A DNA stretch of 64,000 bases from Candidatus Latescibacterota bacterium (GTDB taxonomy: Bacteria; Latescibacterota; UBA2968; GCA-2709665). Each line of letters begins with the position of its first letter. Within the stretch, counting starts at the first letter, position 1. Where the stretch lies: assembly GCA_965208835.1 (NCBI GenBank), contig OZ242358.1, forward strand, positions 2,007,325 to 2,071,324. Reading direction: 5' to 3'. Below are positions 44,492 through 53,886 of the stretch, piece by piece. Both the position numbers and the translations under genes were made by a program. The notes under the pieces were generated by a model, which worked only from the letters and a program-made list of their open reading frames with translations, was not told the DNA's origin and searched no databases.

Positions 44492-45514
44492 ATGCGTTTC
44501 GGCGACGTTCAGGCACTCTGGTTCCTCTTGATCGTGCCGGCGGCAACGCTGTTCTTTGCGGTCGCGTTTCGAAAAAAACGGCGGGCGCTCACGCGTTTTG
44601 GAAGTCCGGAACTCATGCGGAAGCTGACGGCGGCCACGAGCTGGAAGCGGCAGTGGGTGAAGGCCGCGTTGACGGTCTGCGGACTCGTCTTTCTGGTTCT
44701 GGCGCTGGCGCAGCCCAGGTACGGAATGCGGCTTGAACTGCTGCACCGGAGGGGCGTGGATGTTATTGTCGCGCTGGATACGTCTCTGAGCATGCTGGCG
44801 GAAGATATCCGGCCCAATCGACTGACGCGTGCACGCTTCGAGATCGAGTCCTTTATCGACCGGCTGGAAGGCGACAGGATCGGTCTGGTCGCGTTTGCGG
44901 GACGCAGCTTCACGCTCTGCCCCCTGACCCTGGACTACAGCGCCGCCAAGCTGTTTCTGGACTCGATCGACACGGATGTCATTCCCGTGAAGGGCACGGC
45001 CATAGCCGAAGCCATTCGCGCGTCGACGCGGGCATTCGGCAGCGAGGAACGGAAATATAAGGTCATGGTGCTCATAACGGATGGCGAGGACCACGCCGGC
45101 GATCCTGTAGAAGCCGCGAAGGAGGCGGCGGAAGCCGGTGTGCGGATCTTCGCGGTGGGGGTGGGGACGCCCGGGGGAGAGTTGATCCCGGTAAGACAGA
45201 ACGGACGGACGGATTTCCTGAAGGACGGTCGGGGAAACTACGTCAAGTCACGCCTTGACGAGGCGAGTCTGCAACAGGTGGCAGGCGTGTCCGACGGGGT
45301 CTATTTCCGGTCTCAGGCGGGAGGCGTGGGCATGGACAGGGTGTACGACGAAATCTCACAGATGGAGAAGAAGGAGCTGGGATCGCGGAAATACACGCAG
45401 TATAAGCACCGGTTCCAGTGGCCGCTGGCCGTCGCCGTGGCCTGTTTTGCCGGCGAGGCAATGTTGTCGGATCGGAGAAGGGTGCGAACGCGTTGGCGTG
45501 GGCGGTTTCAGTAA
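44492..45514 (+). CDS. batB: vWA-domain protein BatB
   Basis: 340 aa with MIDAS DVIVALDTSLSM and the same topology as BatA. It starts 1 nt after batA. Confidence 0.85.
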   Translation: MRFGDVQALWFLLIVPAATLFFAVAFRKKRRALTRFGSPELMRKLTAATSWKRQWVKAALTVCGLVFLVLALAQPRYGMRLELLHRRGVDVIVALDTSLSMLAEDIRPNRLTRARFEIESFIDRLEGDRIGLVAFAGRSFTLCPLTLDYSAAKLFLDSIDTDVIPVKGTAIAEAIRASTRAFGSEERKYKVMVLITDGEDHAGDPVEAAKEAAEAGVRIFAVGVGTPGGELIPVRQNGRTDFLKDGRGNYVKSRLDEASLQQVAGVSDGVYFRSQAGGVGMDRVYDEISQMEKKELGSRKYTQYKHRFQWPLAVAVACFAGEAMLSDRRRVRTRWRGRFQ

Positions 45515-45540
45515 AACCGGATTCACCAGGAGTGTGCTTC

Positions 45541-46359
45541 GTGTATCGATATCTGATGGGCCTTGTCGTTGTACCGCTTCTCGGCTTCACGTTTCTGGAT
45601 CCGGCGGCGGACAAGAACAGGCGGGGCAACCTTATGTTTCACGAAGGCAAGTTCGAGGAAGCGCTCGAGTATTACCGTGAGGCCCAGGTGGAGAATCCGG
45701 AAGCGCCGGAGCTCAGGTTCAATGCCGGCGACGCCTATTTCAAGACAAACGCCTTTCAGGACGCCCTTCAGGAGTTTGGTCAGGCATTGAAGAGCCAGGA
45801 CCCCTCGTTTCTCGCGAGGGCGTATTACAATCTGGGCAATGTCCACGTCCGCCAGCAGAACCTGCAGCAGGCGGCCGAAGCCTACAGGCGGTCGCTGTCG
45901 TTACGGCCGGACGACCTGGACGCAAAGGTGAATCTGGAATGGGTTCTGGAAAAAATGCGGGAGCAGGAGAAGAATCAGAAGCGTGAGCAGGAGCAAGGGG
46001 AAAACCGAAAGGACGATCGTGATCAGAATGAAAACAGCAACGAGCCGGACGAAAAGGAACCGGATGACGGTGGGAACAAGGAACAGTCCGAGGATCAGCC
46101 GGACACCGACGCCGACGGCGATCGTGATCGGAATCAGGAACCCAGGAATGATTCGGAGCAGGAACAGCGCGGTCAGCCGGAAGACCCCGCCCGGCAGCAG
46201 CAGAATCAGCAATCAACGCAGTCCGAATCACCGTCAGGGGCATTGAGTCGGGAAGAGGCTGAGCGCCTGCTGGACGCGATGAAGGACAGGGAAACGAAGT
46301 CCCAGAAACACCGCCGTTTGCGCGTTTTCGGCAAACGATACGAGGGTAACGAGTGGTAG
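45541..46359 (+). CDS. batC: TPR-repeat protein BatC with an acidic low-complexity tail
   Basis: The track ORF starts at 45418, overlapping batB. GTG 45541 or ATG 45556 is preferred. TPR motifs are present (AYYNLGNVHVRQQNLQQAAEAYRRSL), followed by an E/D/Q/N-rich segment. Confidence 0.7.
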   Translation: MYRYLMGLVVVPLLGFTFLDPAADKNRRGNLMFHEGKFEEALEYYREAQVENPEAPELRFNAGDAYFKTNAFQDALQEFGQALKSQDPSFLARAYYNLGNVHVRQQNLQQAAEAYRRSLSLRPDDLDAKVNLEWVLEKMREQEKNQKREQEQGENRKDDRDQNENSNEPDEKEPDDGGNKEQSEDQPDTDADGDRDRNQEPRNDSEQEQRGQPEDPARQQQNQQSTQSESPSGALSREEAERLLDAMKDRETKSQKHRRLRVFGKRYEGNEW

Positions 46360-46361
46360 GT

Positions 46362-48185
46362 ATGTTACGCCCGCCCGTCTGTGTTCATTTGTTCGTTCTG
46401 TTGGCTGCGTGCGGCGTTGCGCTGGCCGAAACGCCGCGTCTCCGGGTCTCTGTAGACCGTACGCGCGTGGAGGTGGGCGAACAGGTCACGCTGACGGTAA
46501 CGTTAACGGCCGGCGGAGACGTCGTTGCGCCGGAACTGCCGGTTCCGGAGGCGTTCGACGTAATCGGGCGTTCGACATATTCAACCCAGGAACTCAACAT
46601 TACGAACGGTCGGGTCGTAACCACGCGAAACAACTCGTACGTGTATTCCCTGAGGGCGAGGCGCGAGGGCAGTTTCGTGATCGGCCCGGCGCACGTGATG
46701 CATGAGGGTAGGCGTCACGAATCGTCGAAGGTTCGGGTGAATGTCCTGAAGCGCGGCGGGGCGCCGAGCACGCGCCCGGTGCCGGCGCCGGGACAGAACT
46801 CCGGCGATTCGGATGTGGATGAATTGAAGGATGACCTGTTCGTTGCAACCACGGTAGACAAGAAAAAGGTTTACGTGGGAGAGCAGGTGACCGTTACGTA
46901 TAAGCTCTACACACGCCGGACACTCCGCAATATCAGCTACGGCCGCCTGCCCGCCTATACCGGTTTCTGGTCGGAAACCCTGTTTGACGCGCAGCGCGCC
47001 AGTTTTGACCGCGAGGTCCATAACGGCCGCGAGTTCGACGTGATGCTGTTGAAGACGATGGCGTTGTTTCCCACTGCGTCCGGAGTACAGTCGCTTGACG
47101 CGCTCGAAGTGGTCTGCCAGATTCAGGAGCGCACGCGCCGCAGAAACCTGTTCGATATGGATGACTTTTTCAGATTCGGCGCCAGCCGGGAAGTGCGCGC
47201 GCGATCGGAAGCCGTGAAGATCGAAGTCTCCCCTCTGCCCGCGGGTGCTCCCTCCGCGTTCAGCGGTGCGGTGGGCCGGTTCGACATATCGGTCGAGGCG
47301 TCGCCAGTGTCAGTCCAGGCAGGAGATCCGATCGCGGTGAAGGTCAAGGTACACGGGAACGGGAATCTCAATGCCGTAGGCGAACCCGTTCGTCCGCACC
47401 GGGACGCGTTCAAGTTCTACGACCCGAATTCAAGGGTAAGCACGGGGGACTCGGACGGACGAATCGGCGGGGAAAAGACCTTCGAATATGTCGCGATTCC
47501 CAACCGGGCCGGCAGCTGGAAGATCGGTCCGTTCACGCTGGCTTATTTCGACCCCGGGGAAAGGCGATATCGCACAACGCGCTCGAAGGCGGTTACGGTA
47601 AACGTGGAGCGTGGTAAGCAGCTGGCAGCTTCCGGGGCCGTGATGAGCCGGAAAGAGATCGAAATGCTCGGCCGGGATATTCGTCACTTGAAGCCGGATC
47701 TCGGACATCTGGACGATCACGGAAGGCCGTACATCACGACCACCTGGTTCTGGAGCATTCAGTTCGTGCCCGTACTCGGTTTTTTCGGCATTCTCACATA
47801 TAAGTGCCACCGGGACCGGCTCATGGGAGACGTGGCGTATGCCCGAAGACGGCGTTCGGGTTCTGAGGCTAGGAAACGCCTGACGCAGGCCCGAAAACGG
47901 CTCCGCGAAAAGGACGGAGTGGCGTTCCACGTTGAAATCGACCGGGCGCTTGCCCAGTTTCTGGCCGATCGATTGAACCTGCCGGTCGCTGCTATCACCC
48001 GGGAGTCGGCCGCGCGGGCGCTTCGAGAGAAGGAGGTGCCTGACCCGATCGTCTTGGAAGTGCAGGATGTCTTCCTGCGTTGCGACTTCGCACGCTTTGC
48101 CTCGGCCAGGATACCGGAGAGCGAACGGGAGGAAGTCTATAACGCCGCGGCGGCCCTGATCGACGCGCTGGGAGCCAGGATATGA
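46362..48185 (+). CDS. batD: BatD (oxygen-tolerance) protein
   Basis: About 607 aa with a signal peptide. It has repeated Ig-like BatD segments (VSVDRTRVEVGEQVTLTVTL; VYVGEQVTVTYKLY), a late TM helix and a C-terminal cytoplasmic tail. Confidence 0.75.
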   Translation: MLRPPVCVHLFVLLAACGVALAETPRLRVSVDRTRVEVGEQVTLTVTLTAGGDVVAPELPVPEAFDVIGRSTYSTQELNITNGRVVTTRNNSYVYSLRARREGSFVIGPAHVMHEGRRHESSKVRVNVLKRGGAPSTRPVPAPGQNSGDSDVDELKDDLFVATTVDKKKVYVGEQVTVTYKLYTRRTLRNISYGRLPAYTGFWSETLFDAQRASFDREVHNGREFDVMLLKTMALFPTASGVQSLDALEVVCQIQERTRRRNLFDMDDFFRFGASREVRARSEAVKIEVSPLPAGAPSAFSGAVGRFDISVEASPVSVQAGDPIAVKVKVHGNGNLNAVGEPVRPHRDAFKFYDPNSRVSTGDSDGRIGGEKTFEYVAIPNRAGSWKIGPFTLAYFDPGERRYRTTRSKAVTVNVERGKQLAASGAVMSRKEIEMLGRDIRHLKPDLGHLDDHGRPYITTTWFWSIQFVPVLGFFGILTYKCHRDRLMGDVAYARRRRSGSEARKRLTQARKRLREKDGVAFHVEIDRALAQFLADRLNLPVAAITRESAARALREKEVPDPIVLEVQDVFLRCDFARFASARIPESEREEVYNAAAALIDALGARI

Positions 48186-49009
48186 CGGGAAGGCGCGCAC
48201 CGGTCGGCTGTTTTCGGCGGGTCTGCGGGGCTCTGGGCTCGGCCATCCCTTCGGCGGACAAGGTCTCGATGACGGCACTGATATTCGTTGTCTTTGCTGG
48301 CGGTGCGTACGGTGCGGGGACCGGAGCGAGCACTTATAATGAAGCGAACGCCCTGTACAGGCAGGGCGAATTCAGGAAGGCGGCGGGCCGGTACGAGGAG
48401 GTCGTGTCCCGGGGCGTGCGAAACGGCAACGTTTTTTTCAATCTTGGCAATGCCTATTTCAAGGCCGGAGAAACAGGTCGGGCCATTCTTGCATACGAGC
48501 GTGCTCTCAGGTTGATGCCGGACGATGAGGATGTTCTCGCGAATCTTCGGTTCGTGAACGCCGTCAAGGAAGACAAGAGTCCGGATGATGACCTCAATCT
48601 TGCAACCCGCATTCTGTCGTCCGGGTACCGGCTGCTCAGCGCTGATGTGCTGGCCGTGTCAGGAAGCGTCTGTTTGTTTTTGCTGGCGGCCGCCGCCGTG
48701 ATCCGGCTTCTGTCGGCTTCCCGCCGTTCGTTGTGGGTCGGGTTGCTGGTGCTCGCGGGTGTGGGGTTCTGCGGTTCGGGCGCGCTCCTGACTTACAGGG
48801 TTTATACCGAATCCTCCGTTTCGGAAGCGATCGTCATTGCCGACGAGGTAAGGGGACGCAGTGGGCCGGGGGACGATTATCTGCTCGTATTTACGATTCA
48901 TGAAGGCACGAAGGTAACGATCGAACGGATGGAAGACCGCTGGTACCTTGTAAGGTTGCCAAACGGCATTGGCGGCTGGCTTCCCGGGACTGCGATGGAG
49001 ATAATCTGA
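48182..49009 (+). CDS. batE: BatE (TPR + C-terminal SH3b domain) protein
   Basis: 275 aa. The ATG overlaps the batD stop (ATGA). It has TPR motifs, two helices and an SH3-like end [28 protein letters not shown]. Confidence 0.75.
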   Translation: MTGRRAPVGCFRRVCGALGSAIPSADKVSMTALIFVVFAGGAYGAGTGASTYNEANALYRQGEFRKAAGRYEEVVSRGVRNGNVFFNLGNAYFKAGETGRAILAYERALRLMPDDEDVLANLRFVNAVKEDKSPDDDLNLATRILSSGYRLLSADVLAVSGSVCLFLLAAAAVIRLLSASRRSLWVGLLVLAGVGFCGSGALLTYRVYTESSVSEAIVIADEVRGRSGPGDDYLLVFTIHEGTKVTIERMEDRWYLVRLPNGIGGWLPGTAMEII

Positions 49010-49125
49010 AACGTGAAATACGGGCACTCATACGCGTGCGATGCGCGGGATTCCGGTCGTCACGAAGACGGAAGACCGGTTTCCCAAGGTGTGTCGACCG
49101 ATCAATTGATCAGGGAGTCGGCGTG

Positions 49126-50469
49126 ATGTCGTTCAGGGCCTGGTTCCAATGTTTCAAGGGTTGCGGCGGCCAATATCCCCTGACCCAGGTCATTTATGCG
49201 TGTCCGGAATGCGGCGGTTTGCTCGAGGTTCGCCACGATGTGGAAGCACTGCGCGCCAGGCCACCCCATTACTGGCGTCAACTGTTCGATCGACGGTATA
49301 TGCGTACGGATTGGCCTTACGGCAGTTCGGTGTGGGGAAAGAAGGAAATGGTCTGTCCCGTGGTGGACAACGAGAACGTGGTTTCGATGTATGAAGGGGG
49401 GAGCAACCTGTTCTGGGCGGAGCGACTCGGACGGGAGATCGGGGTGGAGGACCTGTGGGTCAAGCAATGCGGAAACAGCCACACCGGTTCGTTCAAGGAT
49501 CTGGGCATGACCGTGCTGGTATCAATGGTAAAGCAAATGGTCGCCGAAGGTCAGCGCATTCCCGCCGCCGCGTGCGCCTCGACGGGTGATACTTCGGCGG
49601 CTCTTGCCGCCTATTGCGCGCACGCGGGTATACAGGCGGTCGTGTTTCTGCCGCGTGACAAGGTCTCCACGGCCCAGCTCGTGCAGCCCATGGCCAACGG
49701 GGCGCTGGTTTTGAGTCTGGATACGGACTTTGACGGTTGCATGAAGCTGGTTCAGGAAGTCTGCCACAACGAGAACATTTACCTCGCCAATTCGATGAAC
49801 TCGCTTCGCGTAGAGGGGCAGAAAACCGTCAGCGTGGAGCTGCTTCAACAGTTCGACTGGGACCTGCCGCAATGGATCGTCATTCCAGGGGGCAATCTGG
49901 GCAACGTCAGTGCACTGGGAAAGGGCTTCAGCGAGCTGAAGGAAATGGGCCTGATCGACCGTACGCCCCGAATCGCTGTTGCGCAGAGTGCCCGTGCGAA
50001 TCCGCTTTACCGAAGCTTTCTCCGCGATTTCGACGCGTTTGAACCGCTCAAGGCGCGGACGACACTGGCCAGCGCCATCCAGATTGGTGATCCGGTCAGT
50101 ACCGAAAAGGCGATCAGGACACTTAAAGACATCGGCGGCGTGGTGGAGCAGGCCACCGATCAGGAACTGGCGGACGCGGCGGCGAGGGCGGATCGCACGG
50201 GACTGTTTTCGTGCCCGCATACGGGCGTGGCCTTTGCCGCGCTTTTCAAGCTGGTGGACCGCGGCGTCATCCGGAAGGATGAGCGGGTTGTGGTGATTTC
50301 CACCGCCCATGGATTGAAATTTGCTGATTTCAAGATCAGGTACCACCAGGCGGAACTCGGCGCATTCGATGTGGACCCGAATTACGCCAACCTGCCCGTC
50401 GAATTGCCGGCAGAGTACGGGCCGGTCCGAGATCAGATCTTTCGGACGCTCGACTTGAACGGCGGTTGA
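49126..50469 (+). CDS. thrC: threonine synthase
   Basis: ATG 49126 has AGGGAG upstream. It has an N-terminal Cys-cluster (CPECGG) and the PLP-lysine motif HTGSFKDLG. Length and pattern fit long-form ThrC. Confidence 0.9.
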   Translation: MSFRAWFQCFKGCGGQYPLTQVIYACPECGGLLEVRHDVEALRARPPHYWRQLFDRRYMRTDWPYGSSVWGKKEMVCPVVDNENVVSMYEGGSNLFWAERLGREIGVEDLWVKQCGNSHTGSFKDLGMTVLVSMVKQMVAEGQRIPAAACASTGDTSAALAAYCAHAGIQAVVFLPRDKVSTAQLVQPMANGALVLSLDTDFDGCMKLVQEVCHNENIYLANSMNSLRVEGQKTVSVELLQQFDWDLPQWIVIPGGNLGNVSALGKGFSELKEMGLIDRTPRIAVAQSARANPLYRSFLRDFDAFEPLKARTTLASAIQIGDPVSTEKAIRTLKDIGGVVEQATDQELADAAARADRTGLFSCPHTGVAFAALFKLVDRGVIRKDERVVVISTAHGLKFADFKIRYHQAELGAFDVDPNYANLPVELPAEYGPVRDQIFRTLDLNGG

Positions 50470-50603
50470 CAGCGGCGATGGATTTGGTTAAATTGGTTGA
50501 CCAGATTCAGCGTAGTGGTGATTTGAGGCATATTGCAGCCACTATAAAGAAATCGCTAAAAAGCTGATTACCCATACGATAGCTGGATGCGTATTCAGGT
50601 TCT

Positions 50604-50632
50604 CTGGGGCTTTTTGGCTTCAGTTTTTTTTT
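50604..50632 (+). terminator. hairpin plus T9 tract (intrinsic terminator or attenuator) 20 nt upstream of the next start codon
   Basis: CTGGGGC-TTTTT-GGCTTCAG forms a 7-bp stem including two G-U pairs. It is followed by TTTTTTTTT (50624-50632). GGAGGA follows at 50642-50647 and the ATG at 50652. Confidence 0.5.
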
Positions 50633-50651
50633 GTCAATTCCGGAGGATGCG

Positions 50652-51845
50652 ATGGACAAGAAGCCGTCGAAGGATGGCACCTGCAATTCAACCCGTGCCG
50701 TCCACGCCGGGGAAAATGGAGGGCACTGGGGCCATTCCCTGACGGTTCCGATCGCGCAGACGTCGACCTACGTATTCGAGAATACAGGGGCGGTGGACGA
50801 TTTCGTGTCCGGGCGTTCGGCCCGTCTCGATTACGGACGCTACGGAAACCCGACCCAGCAGATTGCCGAACGAAAACTGGCCGAACTTGAGGGCGCGGAC
50901 TCGGCGCTGCTGTTTTCGTCCGGGATGAGCGCCGTGACGACGACGCTTCTGGGCATGTTGTCCACGGGACACCACGCGGTGATCACCGACGACTGTTATC
51001 GGAAGACTGCGCAGTTCTGCGAACAGATGCTGAAAAAGTTCGGGATCGCCACCACCTTCGTGCCCGCGGGCGACTATGAGCGGCTGGAGGCCGCCATGCA
51101 GGGAAACACGAGGGTGGTGATTGCGGAGTCGCCGACAAACCCGCATCTTAATGTAATGGACCTCGAAAAGGTGGTCCCCATCGCCAAGTCGAACCGTGCG
51201 AAGGTCGTGATCGACAGCACGTTCGCCACACCGTTCAACCAGCGTCCCCTCGAGTTCGGTGTCGACCTCGTCATTCACAGCGCAACCAAATATCTGGGGG
51301 GGCACAACGACCTGATCGCGGGCGCCGTTGCGGGGCCCGAGCCGCTGGTTTCGGCCATCAAGGACTATCGCGGTATCCTGGGCGGTGTGATCGACCCCCA
51401 CTGCGCGTATCTGCTGATCAGGGGCATCAAGACATTCCCGTTGAGAATGGCGCGTCAGAACGAGACGGCGCTTGCGCTCGCCCGTTTTCTGGATGGGAAC
51501 CCCAGGGTGCGCCAGGTCTACTATCCCGGGCTGGAGGGCCACCCGCATCACCGGGTCGCGCGGGAGCAGATGAACGGGTACGGCGGCGTGGTGAGTTTTG
51601 ATCTCGACGCGGACCTGGCTGGAACCATGGCGTTTCTCGATCGCCTGGAGATTCCCTGTATTGGCGCGAGCCTGGGCGGGGTGGAAAGCATCGTCTCGCA
51701 TCCGTCAACCATTTCCTATTACGAAATGGCCCGGGAAGACCGGATCGCCGTGGGGATCAGCGACGAATTGGTACGCTATTCCGTCGGGGTCGAAGACGCG
51801 GAAGACCTGATTGACGACGTGAAACGGGCCCTGGAGGCTGGCTAG
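50652..51845 (+). CDS. Cys/Met-metabolism PLP-dependent enzyme (cystathionine gamma-synthase / beta-lyase / gamma-lyase family)
   Basis: ATG 50652 is preceded by GGAGGA. The PLP-lysine context is HSATKYLGGHNDLIAG. The N-terminal TRAVHAG is typical of the family. Confidence 0.85.
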   Translation: MDKKPSKDGTCNSTRAVHAGENGGHWGHSLTVPIAQTSTYVFENTGAVDDFVSGRSARLDYGRYGNPTQQIAERKLAELEGADSALLFSSGMSAVTTTLLGMLSTGHHAVITDDCYRKTAQFCEQMLKKFGIATTFVPAGDYERLEAAMQGNTRVVIAESPTNPHLNVMDLEKVVPIAKSNRAKVVIDSTFATPFNQRPLEFGVDLVIHSATKYLGGHNDLIAGAVAGPEPLVSAIKDYRGILGGVIDPHCAYLLIRGIKTFPLRMARQNETALALARFLDGNPRVRQVYYPGLEGHPHHRVAREQMNGYGGVVSFDLDADLAGTMAFLDRLEIPCIGASLGGVESIVSHPSTISYYEMAREDRIAVGISDELVRYSVGVEDAEDLIDDVKRALEAG

Positions 51846-51864
51846 AGGAAGGAGGAGTCGGGAC

Positions 51865-52657
51865 GTGGCTCGCGTCCCGTTGCGGCGTATGTTCGGTCCG
51901 TTTCTTGCATTCGCGCTACGCGCGCCCTTGCAGGACGATCGCTGGCGTCAAAAGGTGCTGGTGGGGGGGTTGTTGTCCCTTCTGCCGAAATCTGGCGCTG
52001 CTGCTCGCCGTTTTTATGGCATTGGGAAAAGTCTCCAGGATGCTCGCGCCCGTGGCGGTCGTTTTCTTCGTGTTTCCAACAGTCGTTTCCTGGGGATACG
52101 TCTATCGTGTCTTTGTCGACGCGTTGAACGGTCTGGAATTCCGCCGTCTTCCCGAGTGGAGCGATTGGCGGAGTTACGCTGGCGTGGGGATCCGGCTGGG
52201 AGTGATCTACCTGGGATATCTGTTCCTGGTCGGCCTGGGGGCGCTTGCCGTAATGGCCGTTTTCGGCCTGTTTCCTCCGGGAGAGGATCCAACCCGGCTG
52301 AGTGCGGTGACGTTGCTGGCGATCGGCGCCGCCATGATGCTTTACGGGCTGCTGCCCATCGTTTTCGCCCGATTTGCGGCCGAGCGCAAGATATGGGCTT
52401 CGTTCGATCCGGGCGCGATCCTGTCGGACGCGGGGAGAGCGTTCAGGGGCGGGCGATATACGCAGGCGTGTCTGGGATTCTACCTCTGTTTCGGGCTGCT
52501 GCTCCTCCTGAATCTGATACTCGGAGCGGTGCCGCCGGTGGCCATGTTCGTCGGGTCGATCGGCTCGTTTTATCTGATGGTGGTTTTTGCCTGGGTATTC
52601 GGGTGGTTGATCGGGATCAGGGGTTCAGATTCCCGGCCGCGGGAGCCCGTTAGCTGA
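51865..52657 (+). pseudogene. DUF4013-like membrane protein gene interrupted by a single-nt frameshift
   Basis: GTG 51865 has GGAGGAG 7 nt upstream, and this frame encodes ...RWRQKVLVGGLLSLLP. The hydrophobic continuation NLALLLAVFMALG...VVSWGYVYRV... lies in the +1 frame (track ORF 51905..52657). The junction is at CCGAAATCT (about 51988-51990). Confidence 0.55.
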
Positions 52658-52731
52658 TCATATAGGGAAATGGGGCCGTCGGCCGGTAGATTCAGATTGC
52701 GCCGGCCACGATGCAGAATGGCCCAGTTGAC

Positions 52732-53664
52732 CTACGGTTCAGATTCCTTCCAGTTAATCCATCCGGTTCCACGGTGTCCGAATTCAGCCCGCTCCGGATA
52801 TAACACCTCCGAGAGAATCTCCGCCGACTCGACCACGCGCGGACCGGGTCGATTGAAATATTGATTCCCGTCCGTAATTACGACTCTGCCCTTTTTGACC
52901 GCGGACAGCCTTTCCCACTCAGGATGTTCCGCCAGCGGCGCCATCTCGCGACTGGCGCGTTCGATGTCGAAACCGCAGGGCATTATGGCGATCACATCGG
53001 GATCGGCCTCCAGAAGCTGCTCGATCTCGATCCAGTCTGCGTGTTCTCCGGACCGCCCCAATACATCCGTCCCGCCAGCGCAATCCACCAGATCGGGAAC
53101 CCAGTTTCCGGCAACCATCAAGGGGTCGATCCACTCGATACAAGCGATCGACGGGCGGGATTCCGATGTCTGGGGCCCGGCATGTATCGTCTGGAGTCGA
53201 CCGGACAGGCGAGCGGCGAGTTCATCGCCTCGTTCGGGGTTGCCAAGAACCGATGCGACCTTCCTTATATCCTTCCATACGTCCAGCAGACACATCGGCT
53301 CCAGCGAAACGACTCTCGGCTCGGAACCGACCAGTTCACAGACCGCTCTTTCGACGTCATGGAGACTCACGGCGCAGACTTCGCACTGGCTCTGTGTGAC
53401 TATTGTCGTCGGAGCCAGACGATTCAGAATGCGTGGATCCACGTCGTACACGGACAGTCCGTCCGCGACGATCGAACGTACCTGACTGTCGATCTCCGAA
53501 CTGTGTGCCACGACGTCGACCTTCGAGGACGAGCAGACCGGCAGTCGTTCAATGGAGGATGGATAATCACACTCGTGAGAGCGGCCGACGAGCTGGTCCT
53601 CGAAACCGAGAGCACACACGATCTCGGTACCACTGGCAATCAGGGAAACGATCCGCTGGTTCAT
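52732..53664 (-). CDS. BtuF-like periplasmic-binding-protein-family (cobalamin/Fe-siderophore type) protein
   Basis: ATG 53664 (MNQRIVSLIASGTEIVCALG...LVGRSHECDYP) lies within track ORF 52732..53691. The pattern fits the PBP type 2 (PF01497-like) family. No obvious signal peptide is present. Confidence 0.7.
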   Translation of the reverse strand: MNQRIVSLIASGTEIVCALGFEDQLVGRSHECDYPSSIERLPVCSSSKVDVVAHSSEIDSQVRSIVADGLSVYDVDPRILNRLAPTTIVTQSQCEVCAVSLHDVERAVCELVGSEPRVVSLEPMCLLDVWKDIRKVASVLGNPERGDELAARLSGRLQTIHAGPQTSESRPSIACIEWIDPLMVAGNWVPDLVDCAGGTDVLGRSGEHADWIEIEQLLEADPDVIAIMPCGFDIERASREMAPLAEHPEWERLSAVKKGRVVITDGNQYFNRPGPRVVESAEILSEVLYPERAEFGHRGTGWINWKESEP

Positions 53665-53886
53665 GGTTGCAAGGTTGGCGCCTGTCTCCACCCTTGGGCG
53701 GGTGTAAACAGTCGGCAGAATCTCGACGGGACGGGAATCTCTGTGTCGTCCTTCTCAGTTTCGAGGAAAGCGATAGGGCCCGCAGCCTGCGGTTTAACAA
53801 GGCGCGAAGCTTCCAATCGGTCTGCAAATGCCGTGATCAACGCGGGATTGGCTCGATTTTCGCCGGCAGATCGACGGGAATTGCGG

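Noticed and set aside
50470-50603. Assignment of the met-gene leader to a specific SAM riboswitch class or a T-box
   Set aside because: There is no SAM-I core (no GAGGGA...GCCC...GCAACC pattern) and no T-box sequence. The SAM-II/V resemblance rests on short words recalled from memory. I kept only the generic attenuator candidate.
53665-53886. Cobalamin riboswitch upstream of the BtuF-like gene (minus strand)
   Set aside because: On the reverse complement I found only loose resemblances: GCCGACTGT versus GCCACTG, and GGTGGAGACAGGCGCC versus the B12 box AGYCMGGAGACCKGCC. The conserved GGGAA...GGTG..AATCC core is not recognisable. An Infernal scan would be needed to revive this call.
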